A stretch of DNA of 64,000 nt. It comes from Oikopleura dioica (lineage: Eukaryota; Animalia; Chordata). Below the pieces are notes generated by a model that ran no database searches, had not been told where the DNA came from, and was given only the letters and a program-made list of their open reading frames with translations. Shown piece after piece: positions 45,451-59,120 of this stretch. The DNA is taken from NCBI GenBank assembly GCA_907165135.1, contig CAJRAX010000007.1, positions 67,585-131,584 on the forward strand, read 5' to 3'. Every line of letters starts with the position of its first letter. Position 1 is the first letter of the stretch. Position numbers and translations under genes: made by a program.

Positions 45451-48400
45451 ATCTCCATCAATAAAATAGGCGAACAATTTTATGTAACTGTAAATATTTT
45501 TAATTCACCTGTTCGATTTTTATTAGATACTGGATCACAATTAAATTGCATTTGTAAGAAAAACATACCAAAAAACATAAAAATCCAAAAAACAAAAACT
45601 GAAGCGGTAAATTACTCCGGCGGACAAATTGATATTTTGGGAAAGGTCGAAGCGGATATCATCATTGAAAATGTAAATTGGGGAAAATCAGAATTTTACG
45701 TTGTTCCTGACAATTTGAGCCCTATTTTGGGAGTGCCAGCTATTCAAGATAACGAGATAATGATAAACCTTCACCGTCGTAAAATAATTCAATCAGGACC
45801 AATTGAACGGTTTGCAAAACTTAATCAAATTAAAACAGACGATAATTTTGAAATCAACGAGGACAAAAATAAGGATCGTGAATATGATGGTTTTTCTACC
45901 GATAACTTTTCTTTTAGGCCTAAATCAGAATGCATAATTGATTTGAAAATCAAAGATCTTGAAAAATCGAAAAGTCTTTCATTTGATCAGTCTAATCTAG
46001 GAAATTCTAAATTGCAGCTTATCCCAAGCTTTCAAGTTGTCGATAAAAATTGCCCAAAATTTCGTCTTCTTATTATAAATCCAACAGACACAGTCATCAA
46101 AATTCCTGCGGGTACAGTTTTTGTTAAATTACATGAAATCGTTGAAATAGCGAGAATAAAAAACATAAAGCATAAAAACCTTAAAAATATTTCCGTCGGT
46201 AAAATTAACTCTTCAAAAATAAAAATTGATTTTGACGCTCTTTTAGATGATTTTGCACATCTTTTGTTGGACGAGGATGACTCGCTTCCAGAATGTACAA
46301 TTGAAAAATTTTCAATAGACACAGATACAGACTTCCCCATTTCTTCAGCCCCGTTTCGCACTCCTTTTAGCTTGAGGAATGTTTTAAGAGATCTTTTGGA
46401 TAAATTTATGGATAATAAATTTATAGAGCGATGTTCTAGCCCGTGGAATAGTCCGAGTATTCTTGTAAGAAAAAAAGATGGACGATTTCGTCTTGTCATT
46501 GATTTCAGAAAGTTAAATGATGTGACTATTCAGATGCACTACCCCCTGCCAAATTTAGAGGATTCGTTGTCGTATTTAGATAAAAGTACTATTTTCTCTT
46601 CGATAGACCTTATTAAGGGGTTTCATCAGATCGCTTTAACAGAAGAATCAAAAGATAAAACGGCATTTTCGAACGAGTTCGGTCAATTTAGATTTTTACG
46701 CATGCCTATGGGCTGTCGAAATGCACCAAGTTTTTTCATGAGAGTAATTGATCAGGCACTAAAAGGTGTAGATAAAACCGAAATATTACCGTACATGGAC
46801 GATATTCTTATTCATAGTAAAACAGAACAAGAGCATTTTTTGAACCTCAAAAAATTTTTTCATATTCTAGATGCGAATAATCTTAGGATAAACTCTCGAA
46901 AAGCTTCATTTTTTACAAGGTCGGTGACATTTTGTGGCTATTTTATTTCTCAGGGTAATATTTCTCCTTCAACGGATAAAATTCAGGCTATAAGAAATCT
47001 TAAAATTCCTAGTTCTAAGGAGAGTGCGCAAAGTCTTTTTGGACTTTTAAACTTTCATCGTAGATTTATAAAAAATTTTTCGGCAATAGCATTACCAATT
47101 ACAAAAACTTGGAGAAACGGGTTTAAATGGACAGACGAGGCTTCGAGCGCGTTAAGCAAGCTTCAAAATATTATATGCGATAATGCAATGAAGCTCAAAA
47201 TACCCCCAGTAGACAATGCGCTTTTCGTTTTAGAGACAGACGCGTCAAATAATGCATACGGTGGGGTACTCTATATTTGTGAAAAAAATTGTAGGGATAA
47301 TTCTCATCACCATTCTAGTGAGTGTTTGATCCCTGTAGGCTATAACAGTGGTAATTTTAACGAAACTCAATCACGATACACAATTATAGAAAAAGAATTA
47401 TTTTCCGCCAAACAATGCATGATGAAGTGGTCAATCTATCTTTCTTACAATAGTTTTGATTGGATTACAGATAATTCAAACATTAAATACGTTCGAACAC
47501 TAAGAACCTATAATCAAAAAATCACGAGATGGATAACGGAAATTCAAGGATTTAATTTTAGAACAATTCAAAAACCCTCGTCAAAAATGCAGATAAGTGA
47601 CTGTTTGAGTAGACAAACTACGATTCAAAATCAGCCCCTTATAAATTCAATTAAAATAACTCAAAAACAATTTTGCGAGCTTCAGATGCTTGATCCTCTT
47701 TTAACCGAGATAAGAAAATTTTTGACGATAGATAGATGGCCTCACAATCCATCAGGTGATATAACATTTTATTGGCTTTTGAGAGAAAATTTGACTATTT
47801 CGGAAAATGATCAAATTATTTTTTTCGATGATTCAGGAAATAGACGGATTTTAGTTCCAAAAAGTTTAGAGAGTGAACTTATTAAAAATTACCATGAATA
47901 TTGCCACGCTGGAATCGATCAAGTTTTTTCAAAAATATCCGTCAAGTATATATGGCCTAGAATGCGTCAAGCAATAAGAGAATTTGTTAGAACATGTTCG
48001 TATTGTCAAAAAGATAAGCCTGATTTTCACCCCAATAAAGCGCCGGTTTTGACCTTCAAAACACCAAACGGACCTTTTGAAGTTTTTGGATTCGATCTGA
48101 TCACGTTACCTCCAACTGATCATGGAAATAAATATGTAATGGTAATGATCGATTTTTTCTCGAAATTCGGATATTGTGAACCTCTTAAATCTCGTAATTC
48201 TAAATATCTCCTTGAAAAATTTAAAAGTGTGATTTTCAAAAATCCAATTTATCCAAAAATTGTTGTGCTCGACAATGCTAGGGAACATTCAGAGATCGAG
48301 AAATTTATGAAAGAAAATCATATAGACCCTCATTTTACTCCTCCAAGGCATCCTTCTTCTAATGGGCAAGTGGAAAATTATAATCGAACCCTTAAAAGTA

Positions 48401-49983
48401 GATTACGTGCACGTTGTGGGTTAGTAAATTGGGATCAGAACCTTCAAGAGGTTGTCCATGACCTTAATTCAAGCGAGCATTCAGTCACGAAAACATCCCC
48501 TTATTCCCTTCAAATGGGCGTGAAAAACGCTCATGACATTTTTGATCCAAATTTTAGGGCTTCTTTCGAAAAAAGTGATATTGATTTTCAACAAATTAAA
48601 AAATTGATCGAAGATGAAAAACAAAATAGGCTTGAGAAATTTTCAAACCCAAAATTTGTGCCTTATCAAATCGGCGACATGGTTCTTATCAAAAATTTCG
48701 ACGCGAAAAAACCAGCTTTTCTTGGGCCGTATAAAATAAAAAATAAATCGAAAGAGGGAACTTGGTATACAGTCGCGTCTGATGATAAAGAGTTTCGGCG
48801 ACACGCTGATCATTTGAAAAAATTTAACGCGCGAAAAGAGGATTCGGAAGATTTAGGTCTCTCAGTTGAACTTCCAGATATTCAAGACGATTTTTCGACC
48901 TTCCACAAAGACAATGTTTTCGAGCGAGAAAGTTTTTCAAGTGGTTTTTATTCTTGTCCACCTATTTCAATGAAGGAAGATGAAATAGAAGAAAAAATGG
49001 ACAACATAGTTAATTCATTAATTGATATTGTTTTTGAGAATATTTTTTCAGACTTGATTGTTGATACACTTGAATCTATGGAATCTTCCTCTGAGGAAAG
49101 TTCTTGTGTATCAATAATCGAGAATGAACAGAGTTTAAGAGAGCCCGATAGTTCGCAAAATATTGAAGCGATACCTAAACCTGACGATTTTCCGGTCTCT
49201 GGGTCCCTTATTTCATCTGATTCGGAGTGGGAAATTGAGGAAAATTCTCATTGGGAAGTGACGGTAGACGAAGAATTATCTACGGTTGAAACAGAAACAG
49301 TCCATGAAAATATAATAACGGAAGATCAAGAACCCCTTATTTCTTACGATAAATTAGATATTTCGGCAAATCGGAAACGCGAAAGAGAATCATCGAAAGA
49401 CTCCATTCCTTGCTCTAAAATACCAAATTTAGACCCAAAAGATAGCTCTGATGAAGAGTCAAATGATAGGTCGGAAATGATTTGTGAAAACTTCGATACT
49501 TCAATAACATTTAAATTAGAAAACGAGCATGAAAGTTTTTTCCAGAGAATAGAATCGAGAATTGAGGAGCTTGAAGAGAATATGGCAATTGAAAATGGGT
49601 GTATTTTGAAGTTGGGTGAATTAACAAAAGAAGCACTTAGATTTATCTTGCATAAGTTTGATGTTCAATATTTGACAACGGAAACGATATCAGATCTAAG
49701 AATAAAAATAAGAGAGTATATTTGGAAAAATCACCCTAATTGGCGAAAAAATGCATGCGGAGAGTTATTATTCTTTTCAATTTTAAATTTGAAAAAGAAA
49801 AAAAAACTCTTTATGATTTGAAAAAACCTGAATTGAAAGTTCTTATTGCTGAGTATAACCTGCCAAAATGTGTTTTGCAAAATAAGTCAGAAATGATTTT
49901 ATTTATTAATTCTGCTTTTGAAAAATTATATCCGAATCATCCAAAAAAAGAACAATGATCTCATATTCGGACCAAATATCTAA
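45403..49983 (+). CDS. pol: pol of D (PR, dUTPase-like spacer, RT, RNase H, integrase, tandem C-terminal domain)
   Basis: LLDTGS upstream of the called start; YMDD, ETDAS, EKE, TDN, YHEYCH..CSYC, GFDLI, LDNA, NGQVENYNR, FLGPY; two A-run indels near 49800 and 49950 restore the ending PKKNNDLIFGPNI*. Confidence 0.94.
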
Positions 49984-50044
49984 TATTCAATTTGTTTCTT
50001 CCTTAAAAGATGCTCCGAAAAAAGATACCCATGAGTGGTCATAC

Positions 50045-51071
50045 TGATACGAATAAAGGAAAGAACACAAGAAAAAAATGAAAAATTGAATATCCCAGTC
50101 ACATAAATATTTTCGCCAATTAGGTTGATTAGGCATGAATTTCACAGTTTTATGTTCCGACGATTTTCGGAGCCAAATCTCGGATGCTTGCATGAATTCA
50201 TAAATCTCTATTTTTCCCTCATAACGTACGCGTTATTTCACAAATCAAAGGCACATTAGCCACCCGTTTCGGCGGTTCTTTATTTAACTCTTTCTAGTGC
50301 TCACTACTTCTTTTATTTAATTTTTGAACTGGTAATTATTATTGATGAATCAAGCTGACTCTTCTATGTCTTCAAAACGATGATGGCAATTCTTCTTGAC
50401 GATAAAAAATCGATCGGCATTTTCTACTACTACAACAGAGCTGTTGCATGGATTTCATCCTCTAGCTGAGTTCCGCTCTGCGGCTTGACAGTGTGACCCC
50501 GTGCTCCTCGGGATGGCGCTGTCTGTAAGTACTCCTAGGTAGGCAAAATTGATTGAACACCTTTCTGGCTCGCTTAAGGGAAGCTGACCACTCTCCTCAA
50601 AACCGACAGAATTGCAGCTTCAACAATGGCGGCGACTTCTCTGGCAACAACGACGACTACGCAATGGACTGACAACGATTATTGGAACTGGCTTTGGAAA
50701 AGTATTAGTAAAAATTCATTAAATTCTATCAAAAAGGGATATGGCCACATAGTGGGAAGTTGAACTTTTTGATAAAATTTATTTCTTGGGATTAATTTCG
50801 AAGCGAACGTGGCTGTTTCGGCGAATTTCGATTGACAGAAAAACAATTGCGCGAAAAGCGCTCACCATATTTGGAAAGAAAAACATGGCGCGAAATGCGC
50901 CGCGCCTTATTTGGAAAGAAACGCACCTGCGCGAAATGCGAATTGAAAATTTGAAAATTTGAAAAATCACTCTCTCCATACTCAAAATAATACAGCCACG
51001 TTTTGAAATTTTGGCGTCATTCTTTGCAAGAATTCTAGCTTAGAGAGCATTTGAGCAGCAAATCGGTATCA
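50045..51071 (+). repeat. 3' LTR of D
   Basis: Direct repeat of 43319-44345. Confidence 0.96.
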
Positions 51072-54000
51072 GACAGTTTAAAAAAATCGAAAAAAATTAA
51101 GAAAAATTCTGATGCATTTTTTGGCGTTTACAGATGATTTACAGTTCATAAAAATAAAAAAAAATAAAAAATTCTGATGCGTTTTTGGCGTTTTCAGATG
51201 ATTAACAGTTCATAAAAATAAGAAAAAAACAATAAAAATTCTGATGCGTTTTTGGCGTTTTTAGATGATTTACAGTTCATAAAAATATAAAAATAATTAA
51301 AAAAAATTCTGATGCGTTTTTTGGCGTTTTCAGATTATTGACAGCTCAAAAAATCGAAAAAATTAAAAAAATTCTGATGCGTTTTTGGCGTTTTCAGATA
51401 ATTAACAGTTCAAAAATCAAAATAAATAAAGAAAAATTCTGATGCGTTTTTTGGCGTTTTCAGATGATTTACAGTTCATAAAAATAAAAAAAAAAAAATT
51501 AAAAAAAATTCTGATGCGTTTTTTGGCGTTTTCAGATGATTTACAGTTCAAAAAATCGAAAAAATTAAGAAAAATTCTGATGCGTTTTTTTTGGCGTTTA
51601 CAGATGATTTACAATTCATAAAAATAAAAAAAAAAAATTAAAAAAGATTCTGATGCGTTTTTTGGCGTTTTCAGATGATTTACAGTTCAAAAAATCGAAA
51701 AAATTAAGAAAAATTCTGATGCGTTTTTGGCGTTTTCAGATGATTTACAATTCATAAAAATAAAAAATTAAAAAATTCTGATGCGTTTTTGGCGTTTTCA
51801 GATGATTTACAGTTCAAAAAATCGAAAAAATTAAGAAAAATTCTGATGCGTTTTTTGGCGTTTTCAGATGATTTACAATTCATAAAAATAAAAAAAAAAA
51901 TTAAAAAAATTCTGATGCGTTTTTTGGCGTTTTCAGATAATTTACAGTTCAAAAAATAGAAAAAATTAAGAAAAATTCTGATGCGTTTTTGGCGTTTTCA
52001 GATGATTTACAATTCATAAAAATAAAAAATTAAAAAATTCTGATGCGTTTTTGGCGTTTTCAGATGATTTACAGTTCAAAAAATCGAAAAAATTAAGAAA
52101 AATTCTGATGCGTTTTTTGGCGTTTTAGATAATTTACAGCTCAAAAAAATCGAAAAAATTAAGAAAAATTCTGATGCGTTTTTGGCGTTTTCAGATGATT
52201 TACAGTTCAAAAAAATCGAAAAAAATTAAGAAAAATTCTGATGCGTTTTTTGGCATTTTCAGATGATTTACAGTTCAAAAAAATAAAAAAAATTAAGAAA
52301 AATTCTGATGCGTTTTTTGGCGTTTACAGATGATTTACAGTTCATAAAAATAAAAAAAAATTAAAAAAAATTCTGATGCGTTTTTTGGCGTTTTCAAATG
52401 ATTTACAGTTCATAAAAATAAAAAAAAAATTAATCAAAATTCTGATGCGTTGTTTTGCGTTTTCAGATGATTTACAGTTCATAAAAATAATAAAAAAATT
52501 GAGAAAAATTCTGATGCGTTTTTTGCCGTATTAGATGATTTAAAATTCATAAAAATAAAAAAAAAATTAATAAAAATTCTGATGCATTTTTTGGCGTTTT
52601 CAGATAATTGACAGTTTAAAAAATCGAAAAAATTAAGAAAAATTCTTATGCGTTTTTGGCGTTTTTAGATGATTTACAGTTCATAAAAAAAAAAAAATTA
52701 AAAAAATTCTGATGCGTTTTTTGGCGTTTTCAGATAATTTACAGTTCATAAAAATAAAAAAAAAAATTAAAAAAATTCTGATGCGTTTTTGGCGTTTTCA
52801 GATGATTTACAGTTCATAAAAATAAAAAAATAAAAAAATTCTGATGCGTTTTTGGCGTTTTCAGATGATTTACAGTTCATAAAAATAAAAAAAATTAAAA
52901 AAATTCTGATGCGTTTTTGGCGTTCTCAGATGATTTACAGTTCAAAAAATCGAAAAAAATTAAGAAAAATTCTGATGCGTTTTTTGGCATTTTCAGATGA
53001 TTTACAGTTCAAAAAAATAAAAAAAAATTAAGAAAAATTCTGATGCGTTTTTTGGCGTTTTCAGATGATTTACAGTTCATAAAAACAAAAAAAAAAATTA
53101 ATAAAAATTTTGATGCGTTTTTTGGCGTTTTTAGATAATTTACAGTTCATAAAAATAAAAAAAAAATAAAAAAAATTCTGATGCGTTTTTTGGCGTTTTA
53201 AGATGATTTACAGTTCATAAAAATTTAAAAAAAAATCAAAAAAAATTCTGATACGTTTTTTGGCGTTTTCAGATGATTTACAGTTCATAAAAATAAAAAA
53301 AAAAAATTAAATAAATTCTGATGCGTTTTTTGGCGTTTTCAGATGATTTACAGTTCAAAAAAATAAAAAAATTAAGAAAAATTCTGATGCGTTTTTGGCG
53401 TTTTCAGATGATTTACAGTTCATAAAAATAAAAAAAATTAAAAAAATTCTGATGCGTTTTTGGCGTTTTCAGATGATTTACAGTTCATAAATATAAAAAA
53501 ATTAAAAAAATTCTGATGCGTTTTTGGCGTTTTCAGATGATTTACAGTTCATAAAAATAAAAAAAATTAAGAAAAATTCTGATGCGTTTTTGGCGTTTTC
53601 AGATGATTTACAGTTCATAAAAATAAAAAATTAAAAAAATTCTGATGCGTTTTTTGGCGTTTTTAGATGATTAACAGTTTATAAAAATAAAAAAAAAAAA
53701 ACAATAAAAATTCTGATGCGTTTTTTGGCGTTTTTAGATGATTTACAGTTCATAAAAATATAAAAAAAATTAAAAAATCTGATGCGTTTTTGGCGTTTTC
53801 AGATAATTTACAGCTCAAAAAATCGAAAAAATTAAGAAAAATTCTGATGCGTTTTTCGGCGTTTTCAGATGATTTACAGTTCAAAAAAATAAAAACAAAA
53901 ATTAAAAAAAAATTCTGATGCGTTTTTTGGCGTTTTTAGATAATTAACAGTTCAAAAATCAAAAAAAATAAAGAAAAATTCTGATGCGTTTTTTGGCGTT

Positions 54001-54827
54001 TTCAGATGATTTACAGTTCATAAAAATAAAAAAAAAAATTAAAAAAAATTCTTATGCGTTTCTTGGCGTTTTCAGATAATTTACAGTTCAAAAAAATCGA
54101 AAAAAATTAAGAAAATTTCTGATGCGTTTTTTGGCGTTTTCAGATGATTTACAGTTCATAAAAATAAAAAAAAAATAAAAAAAAATTCTGATGCGTTTTT
54201 TGGCGTTTTCAGATGATTTACAGTTCATAAAAAAAAAAAAAAATTAATCAAAATTCTGATGCGTTGTTTTGCGTTTTCAGATGATTTACAGTTCATAAAA
54301 ATAATAAAAAAATTGAGAAAAATTCTGATGCGTTTTTTGCCGTATTAGATGATTTACAATTCATAAAAATAAAAAAAAAATTAATAAAAATTCTGATGCA
54401 TTTTTTGGCGTTTTCAGATAATTGACAGTTTAAAAAAATCGAAAAAAATTAAGAAAAATTCTGATGCGTTTTTTGGCGTTTTTAGATGATTTACAGTTCA
54501 TAAAAATAAAAAAAAATTAAAAAAAATTCTGATGCGTTTTTTGGCGTTTTCAGATAATTTACAGTTCATAAAAATAAAAAAAATTAAAAAATTCTGATGC
54601 GTTTTTTGGCGTTTTCAGATGATTTACAGTTCATAAAAATAAAAAAAAAATAAATATAAATTCTGATGCGTTTTTTTGCGTTTTAAGATGATTTACAGTT
54701 CATAAAAATAAAAAAAAAAAAAAATAAAAATTCTGATGCGTTTTTTTTGCGTTTTCAGATGATTTACAGTTCATAAAAATAAAGAAAAAATAAATATAAA
54801 TTCTGATGCGTTTTTTGGCGTTTTCAG
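51072..54827 (-). repeat. Satellite I array, reverse
   Basis: Same unit; 53770-54827 mirrors 34634-35645 variant by variant. Confidence 0.96.
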
Positions 54828-57800
54828 TGATACAATCGAGGTCTCTTCGTTGATTGCAATTAAAATTTTTCTAACACTAATTAATTTTCCCTGCAAATAA
54901 TTCGATAAAAATTGAAAGCTTTCGCTTGTTGGGAGTTTATTGTAAGTCTGAGGATATTTTGGCGGTGAGCGAAATGCATCTTTTAGCGCAGCTGCAATTC
55001 GTAAACAAAAACATAATAATAGGCGCACGCAAATAAAGCATGATTTTCATGAATTGAAAATAAACAGTTCGCTGAAGTTCATCCGGATGAATATTTTTGC
55101 GATCTTTTCAGATCATTTTTCTTGAGCTTGAGCCGGGTTCTCGAAGCAATTTTTCGTTTTAAAGAGCGAACAGGTGAAGGGTTTAAGGGCGCCAATAAGC
55201 GTATTGCGCTGCTGAGTCGTTCCAGGATTATAGAAAAGATTTTAAAACAAAGTAAATAAAAAGCACAAATAAAGATGATTATAATAATTAGGCCAGTTAA
55301 TCATTATAACAACGAGAAAAGAGAGAACAAATAAATTAAGCATTACAGTTAAATTAAAAGATTATTACAGATTAAAATAAATGCGTATAAATATGAAAAA
55401 GTACTTCGGCTCACCTTCGGGCAGTTACTGACGCGGTTCATTGGACTCATTACTTTGCGTCAAGCCTTATCGGAGATAAGGAACCTCGAAGATCTCCAGT
55501 ATCTGCAGCTGTAGAAGCTTGCCATCCGGCTCGCCCAGGAGTGCCTTTTGAAGTCGTCTTTGAAGAGTTGGCGAGGCGGTAGAACTCGCATTCGTCGTTG
55601 TTGTCGTCAGATCGTGCAGTAATGAGACTAGAATCAAGAGAATAAATCCTCGAACAGCGAGGGATTATAATTGAGCGAATAAATGCGAATTTAATAATCA
55701 TGCGCGCAATAATTATTCTCGAATAATAATAAAGAGCATATTCAATATGAAATTTGGATCATGCAAAACGGATTTTTTTTTTTTCATGCAGATGAGAGCA
55801 ATTTTGAAATTTTTTGAAGCAATAAAACAATGGGAATAAGCGGCTAGGATGAAATAGTTACCGAATAATATGTACAGTTTTTATCAACACACGCGTACGT
55901 GTAAATTATGCCTAGACTGAAGAACCGCTTATTTTAATCCCGAACCGATTGAAATAATGAGAGCATTTTCCAGAAGAGCCAACGATCGATAGCTCGCTTG
56001 TCATAGAGGTTCAATAATGGTTCTAGCACTGATTGAACGTATGAGCGCAAGCATATCATTTACAAGTGAATTATGATTTGACCGTGAGGAGAAGGTTTGA
56101 GCGATATTAAACGCTATCTTTTTACAGTATCGTGACTTTTGGGGAGAGTATCTTGAGACTGGCTTTGAAGTTTATTTTAACCGTGAAAAGAATTATAGAA
56201 TTAATTTTTTTTTTATCCTTATTTTTTCACTATTGTATCACTGTGACCACTTACGGGTCTGGAACTATTTTTCTTCCTTTTTTTTGACAGTGATCAACGG
56301 TATAATTCTCTTAAAAGATGATTAAAATAACTTCTGTCTCGAGCTACCCTAGCGAAAGAAAAATTTATACTTCCGTGTCAGGACTAAATAAAAGCTCATT
56401 ATCAACTCGCTCATGATTTGGAAAATTGCTGGAAAAATATTATTCGATTATGGCCTCCATTTCGGCTTTGCGAAGATGAAAAATATTTTGAATATTATAA
56501 AAAACCGCAAGAGCCTTCAGCTCTGTTTTATTTAAATCGCTAAGTTTAGTCGGTTTTAGAACCATGAAAACACCATAAAATAGATATTCTCCATTCGATG
56601 ATTTTTTCCAGTTGGCAAAATTTTTGTTGATGTGATCCCTTATTTTTATTCGTAATTCAGCTGCGTTTTCATTGTTATCATTTAGTTTGAATTTATGACT
56701 AATGAATCTGAGCATAAGAATCGACAATTCGCTCAGTTTACAAAAAATTCCTCTTTCTACAGCCATATTTTGTTTGATCTGCTCGTATTTAGCTTCGAAC
56801 AATTCAAACAACTCTTGATTTTCATTTTCCAATTTTATCTGAATCGAAAAATCCATATTGTTAATATCAGGGGAATTTTCTTTCGTTTGAAGAGCTATTT
56901 CAAAATTATTGCTGTCCAAAATATGTACTTTCTGTGGTGTTGAAATGGAGTCTTTAGAAGATTCTCGAACGCGTTTTAGTGGATTATGACTAACGTTTAA
57001 TTCGTCAAAACTTGTTAAATCGGGCGTGTTATTTTCAATATTTAGTCGAGTCTCGGTTTCAGTTATGTGCTCTAAATTATGATTATCTAAACTCGAATGG
57101 TTTTTTGCAGGACTACTATCGGGCGTTTTTACCACATGAAAAATATTACCATTCGGAATGGGAGACGCCAAAGTGTCATTTTTTGATATGTTATCTACCT
57201 CAGCGTCTTCCACTTCGAAAGGTCTGAGTTCCGACTCATGATCTATTTCGGAATTATCAGAAAAATCGGTTAATTTTTTAGCGGATTTTGGTCTACATGA
57301 TTCGGGTCTTTTTGGTGTTTTTAGTTTAAGAAGTGGGTCCATCGGGGCAGGAATATTCTGATCAATTTCAAAGGTTGAATCTGAGCTTGTGCTTTGCGCT
57401 TTGGCCATAGATTCCGAAGATTCCGACTCCGATGAACTTTTGCATTCAGAAAAATTGTCATTTTGAGAAATCTCGGGACCGGACTGGGCAATTTCCTCAC
57501 ATGAATTCGCTTCATTTGAAAGCTCTTGGTTTATTGAATGAGGACTTTGCTCAATCGAACGTTTTTCTGGGTAAACGGCTGAAAAACAACCTATATTTTC
57601 ATTCTCAGATTCTAATTCTAGTCCAAATTTTGGTTGAAAAACAGGAATTCCAGAACAAGTTTCAAGGTTGGAATTACTGATTTTGCGCGTTTCATTATTC
57701 AAAAAATTTCCAGGCTCGACCAGGGGCTCATAGAACTTTCGCATATCAATTCCGTGTCTTCTGTATTCCCTACCCGTTTTTAAATTTTTGAGGTCATACC

Positions 57801-58144
57801 AAGTGCCAGTCGGGGATTTATTTGTAATTGTATATGGTCCAATAAAGGGCGGATACGAAGCGTTAAAATTTTTAATCAAAACTTTTTGACCAATCTCGTA
57901 TTCAATAAATTTATCATTTTTAAATTTTTCCAACCTCGTTGTTTTTTCCTTATCAATTTTTTCTTTAATTTCATCGAAAGCAATATTAATTCTTTGACCG
58001 TATTTACGAAAAAGCGGGTCGTTAGGATTATGGGCTTCCGCAAGTCCTGTCTCAATTTGAAAAGGGCTAAACTTAGAAACGGAATGAACACTGCTATTTA
58101 TTCCGTGAATCGCTTGATAAAGAAACAAGTCCCAGTTATTCATA
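54828..58144 (-). mobile_element. Inverted 5'-truncated copy of element C (LTR 54828-56240 plus pol 3' part)
   Basis: Reverse complement of ~31320-34633 including the same satellite flank (CTGAA side). Confidence 0.95.
56440..58143 (-). pseudogene. pol: pol fragment of C (end of integrase core to C-terminus, 567 aa), lacking promoter and upstream domains
   Basis: MNNWDLFLYQAIH...MEAIIE matches C pol without frameshift. Confidence 0.9.
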
Positions 58145-59120
58145 ACAAGTCTTCAGTTATTCATAACTTGTGCTTTGCGCTTTGGCCATAGATTCCGAAG
58201 ATTCCGACTCCGATGAACTTTTGCATTCAGAAAAATTGTCATTTTGAGAAATCTCGGGACCGGACTGGGCAATTTCCTCACATGAATTCGCTTCATTTGA
58301 AAGCTCTTGGTTTATTGAATGAGGACTTTGCTCAATCGAACGTTTTTCTGGGTAAACGGCTGAAAAACAACCTATATTTTCATTCTCAGATTCTAATTCT
58401 CTTCACCTGTTCGCTCTTTAAAACGAAAAATTGCTTCGAGAACCCGGCTCAAGCTCAAGAAAAATGATCTGAAAAGATCGCAAAAATATTCATCCGGATG
58501 AACTTCAGCGAACTGTTTATTTTCAATTCATGAAAATCATGCTTTATTTGCGTGCGCCTATTATTATGTTTTTGTTTACGAATTGCAGCTGCGCTAAAAG
58601 ATGCATTTCGCTCACCGCCAAAATATCCTCAGACTTACAATAAACTCCCAACAAGCGAAAGCTTTCAATTTTTATCGAATTATTTGCAGGGAAAATTAAT
58701 TAGTGTTAGAAAAATTTTAATTGCAATCAACGAAGAGACCTCGATTGTATCACTGAAAACGCCAAAAAACGCATCAGAATTTATATTTATTTTTTCTTTA
58801 TTTTTATGAACTGTAAATCATCTGAAAACGCAAAAAAAACGCATCAGAATTTTTATTTTTTTTTTTTTTTATTTTTATGAACTGTAAATCATCTTAAAAC
58901 GCAAAAAACGCATCAGAATTTATATTTATTTTTTATTTTTATGAACTGTAAATCATCTGAAAACGCCAAAAAACGCATCAGAATTTTTTTAATTTTTTTT
59001 TTTTATTTTTATGAACTGTAAATTATCTGAAAACGCCAAAAAACGCATCAGAATTTTTTTTAATTTTTTTTTATTTTTATGAACTGTTAATCATCTAAAA
59101 ACGCCAAAAAACGCATCTAA
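58145..59120. other. Template-switch patchwork: 21-nt templated insert, 234-bp repeat of 57386-57619, forward LTR 3' end (58401-58752) and satellite (58753-59117)
   Basis: Each piece matches a nearby donor; junctions are blunt or have 3-4 nt microhomology. Confidence 0.85.

Larger units (their letters stand above)
43319..51071 (+). mobile_element. Full-length, apparently intact Ty3/gypsy element D with TSD GACAG
   Basis: Two 1027-bp LTRs with no differences noticed on reading; GACAG at 43314-43318 and 51072-51076; uninterrupted gag and a 1394-aa pol ORF. Confidence 0.97.

Noticed and set aside
49984-50044. env gene or chromodomain downstream of integrase
   Set aside because: Only 50-200 nt separate the pol stop from the 3' LTR in all families, and the C-terminal domain lacks the chromodomain aromatic pattern.
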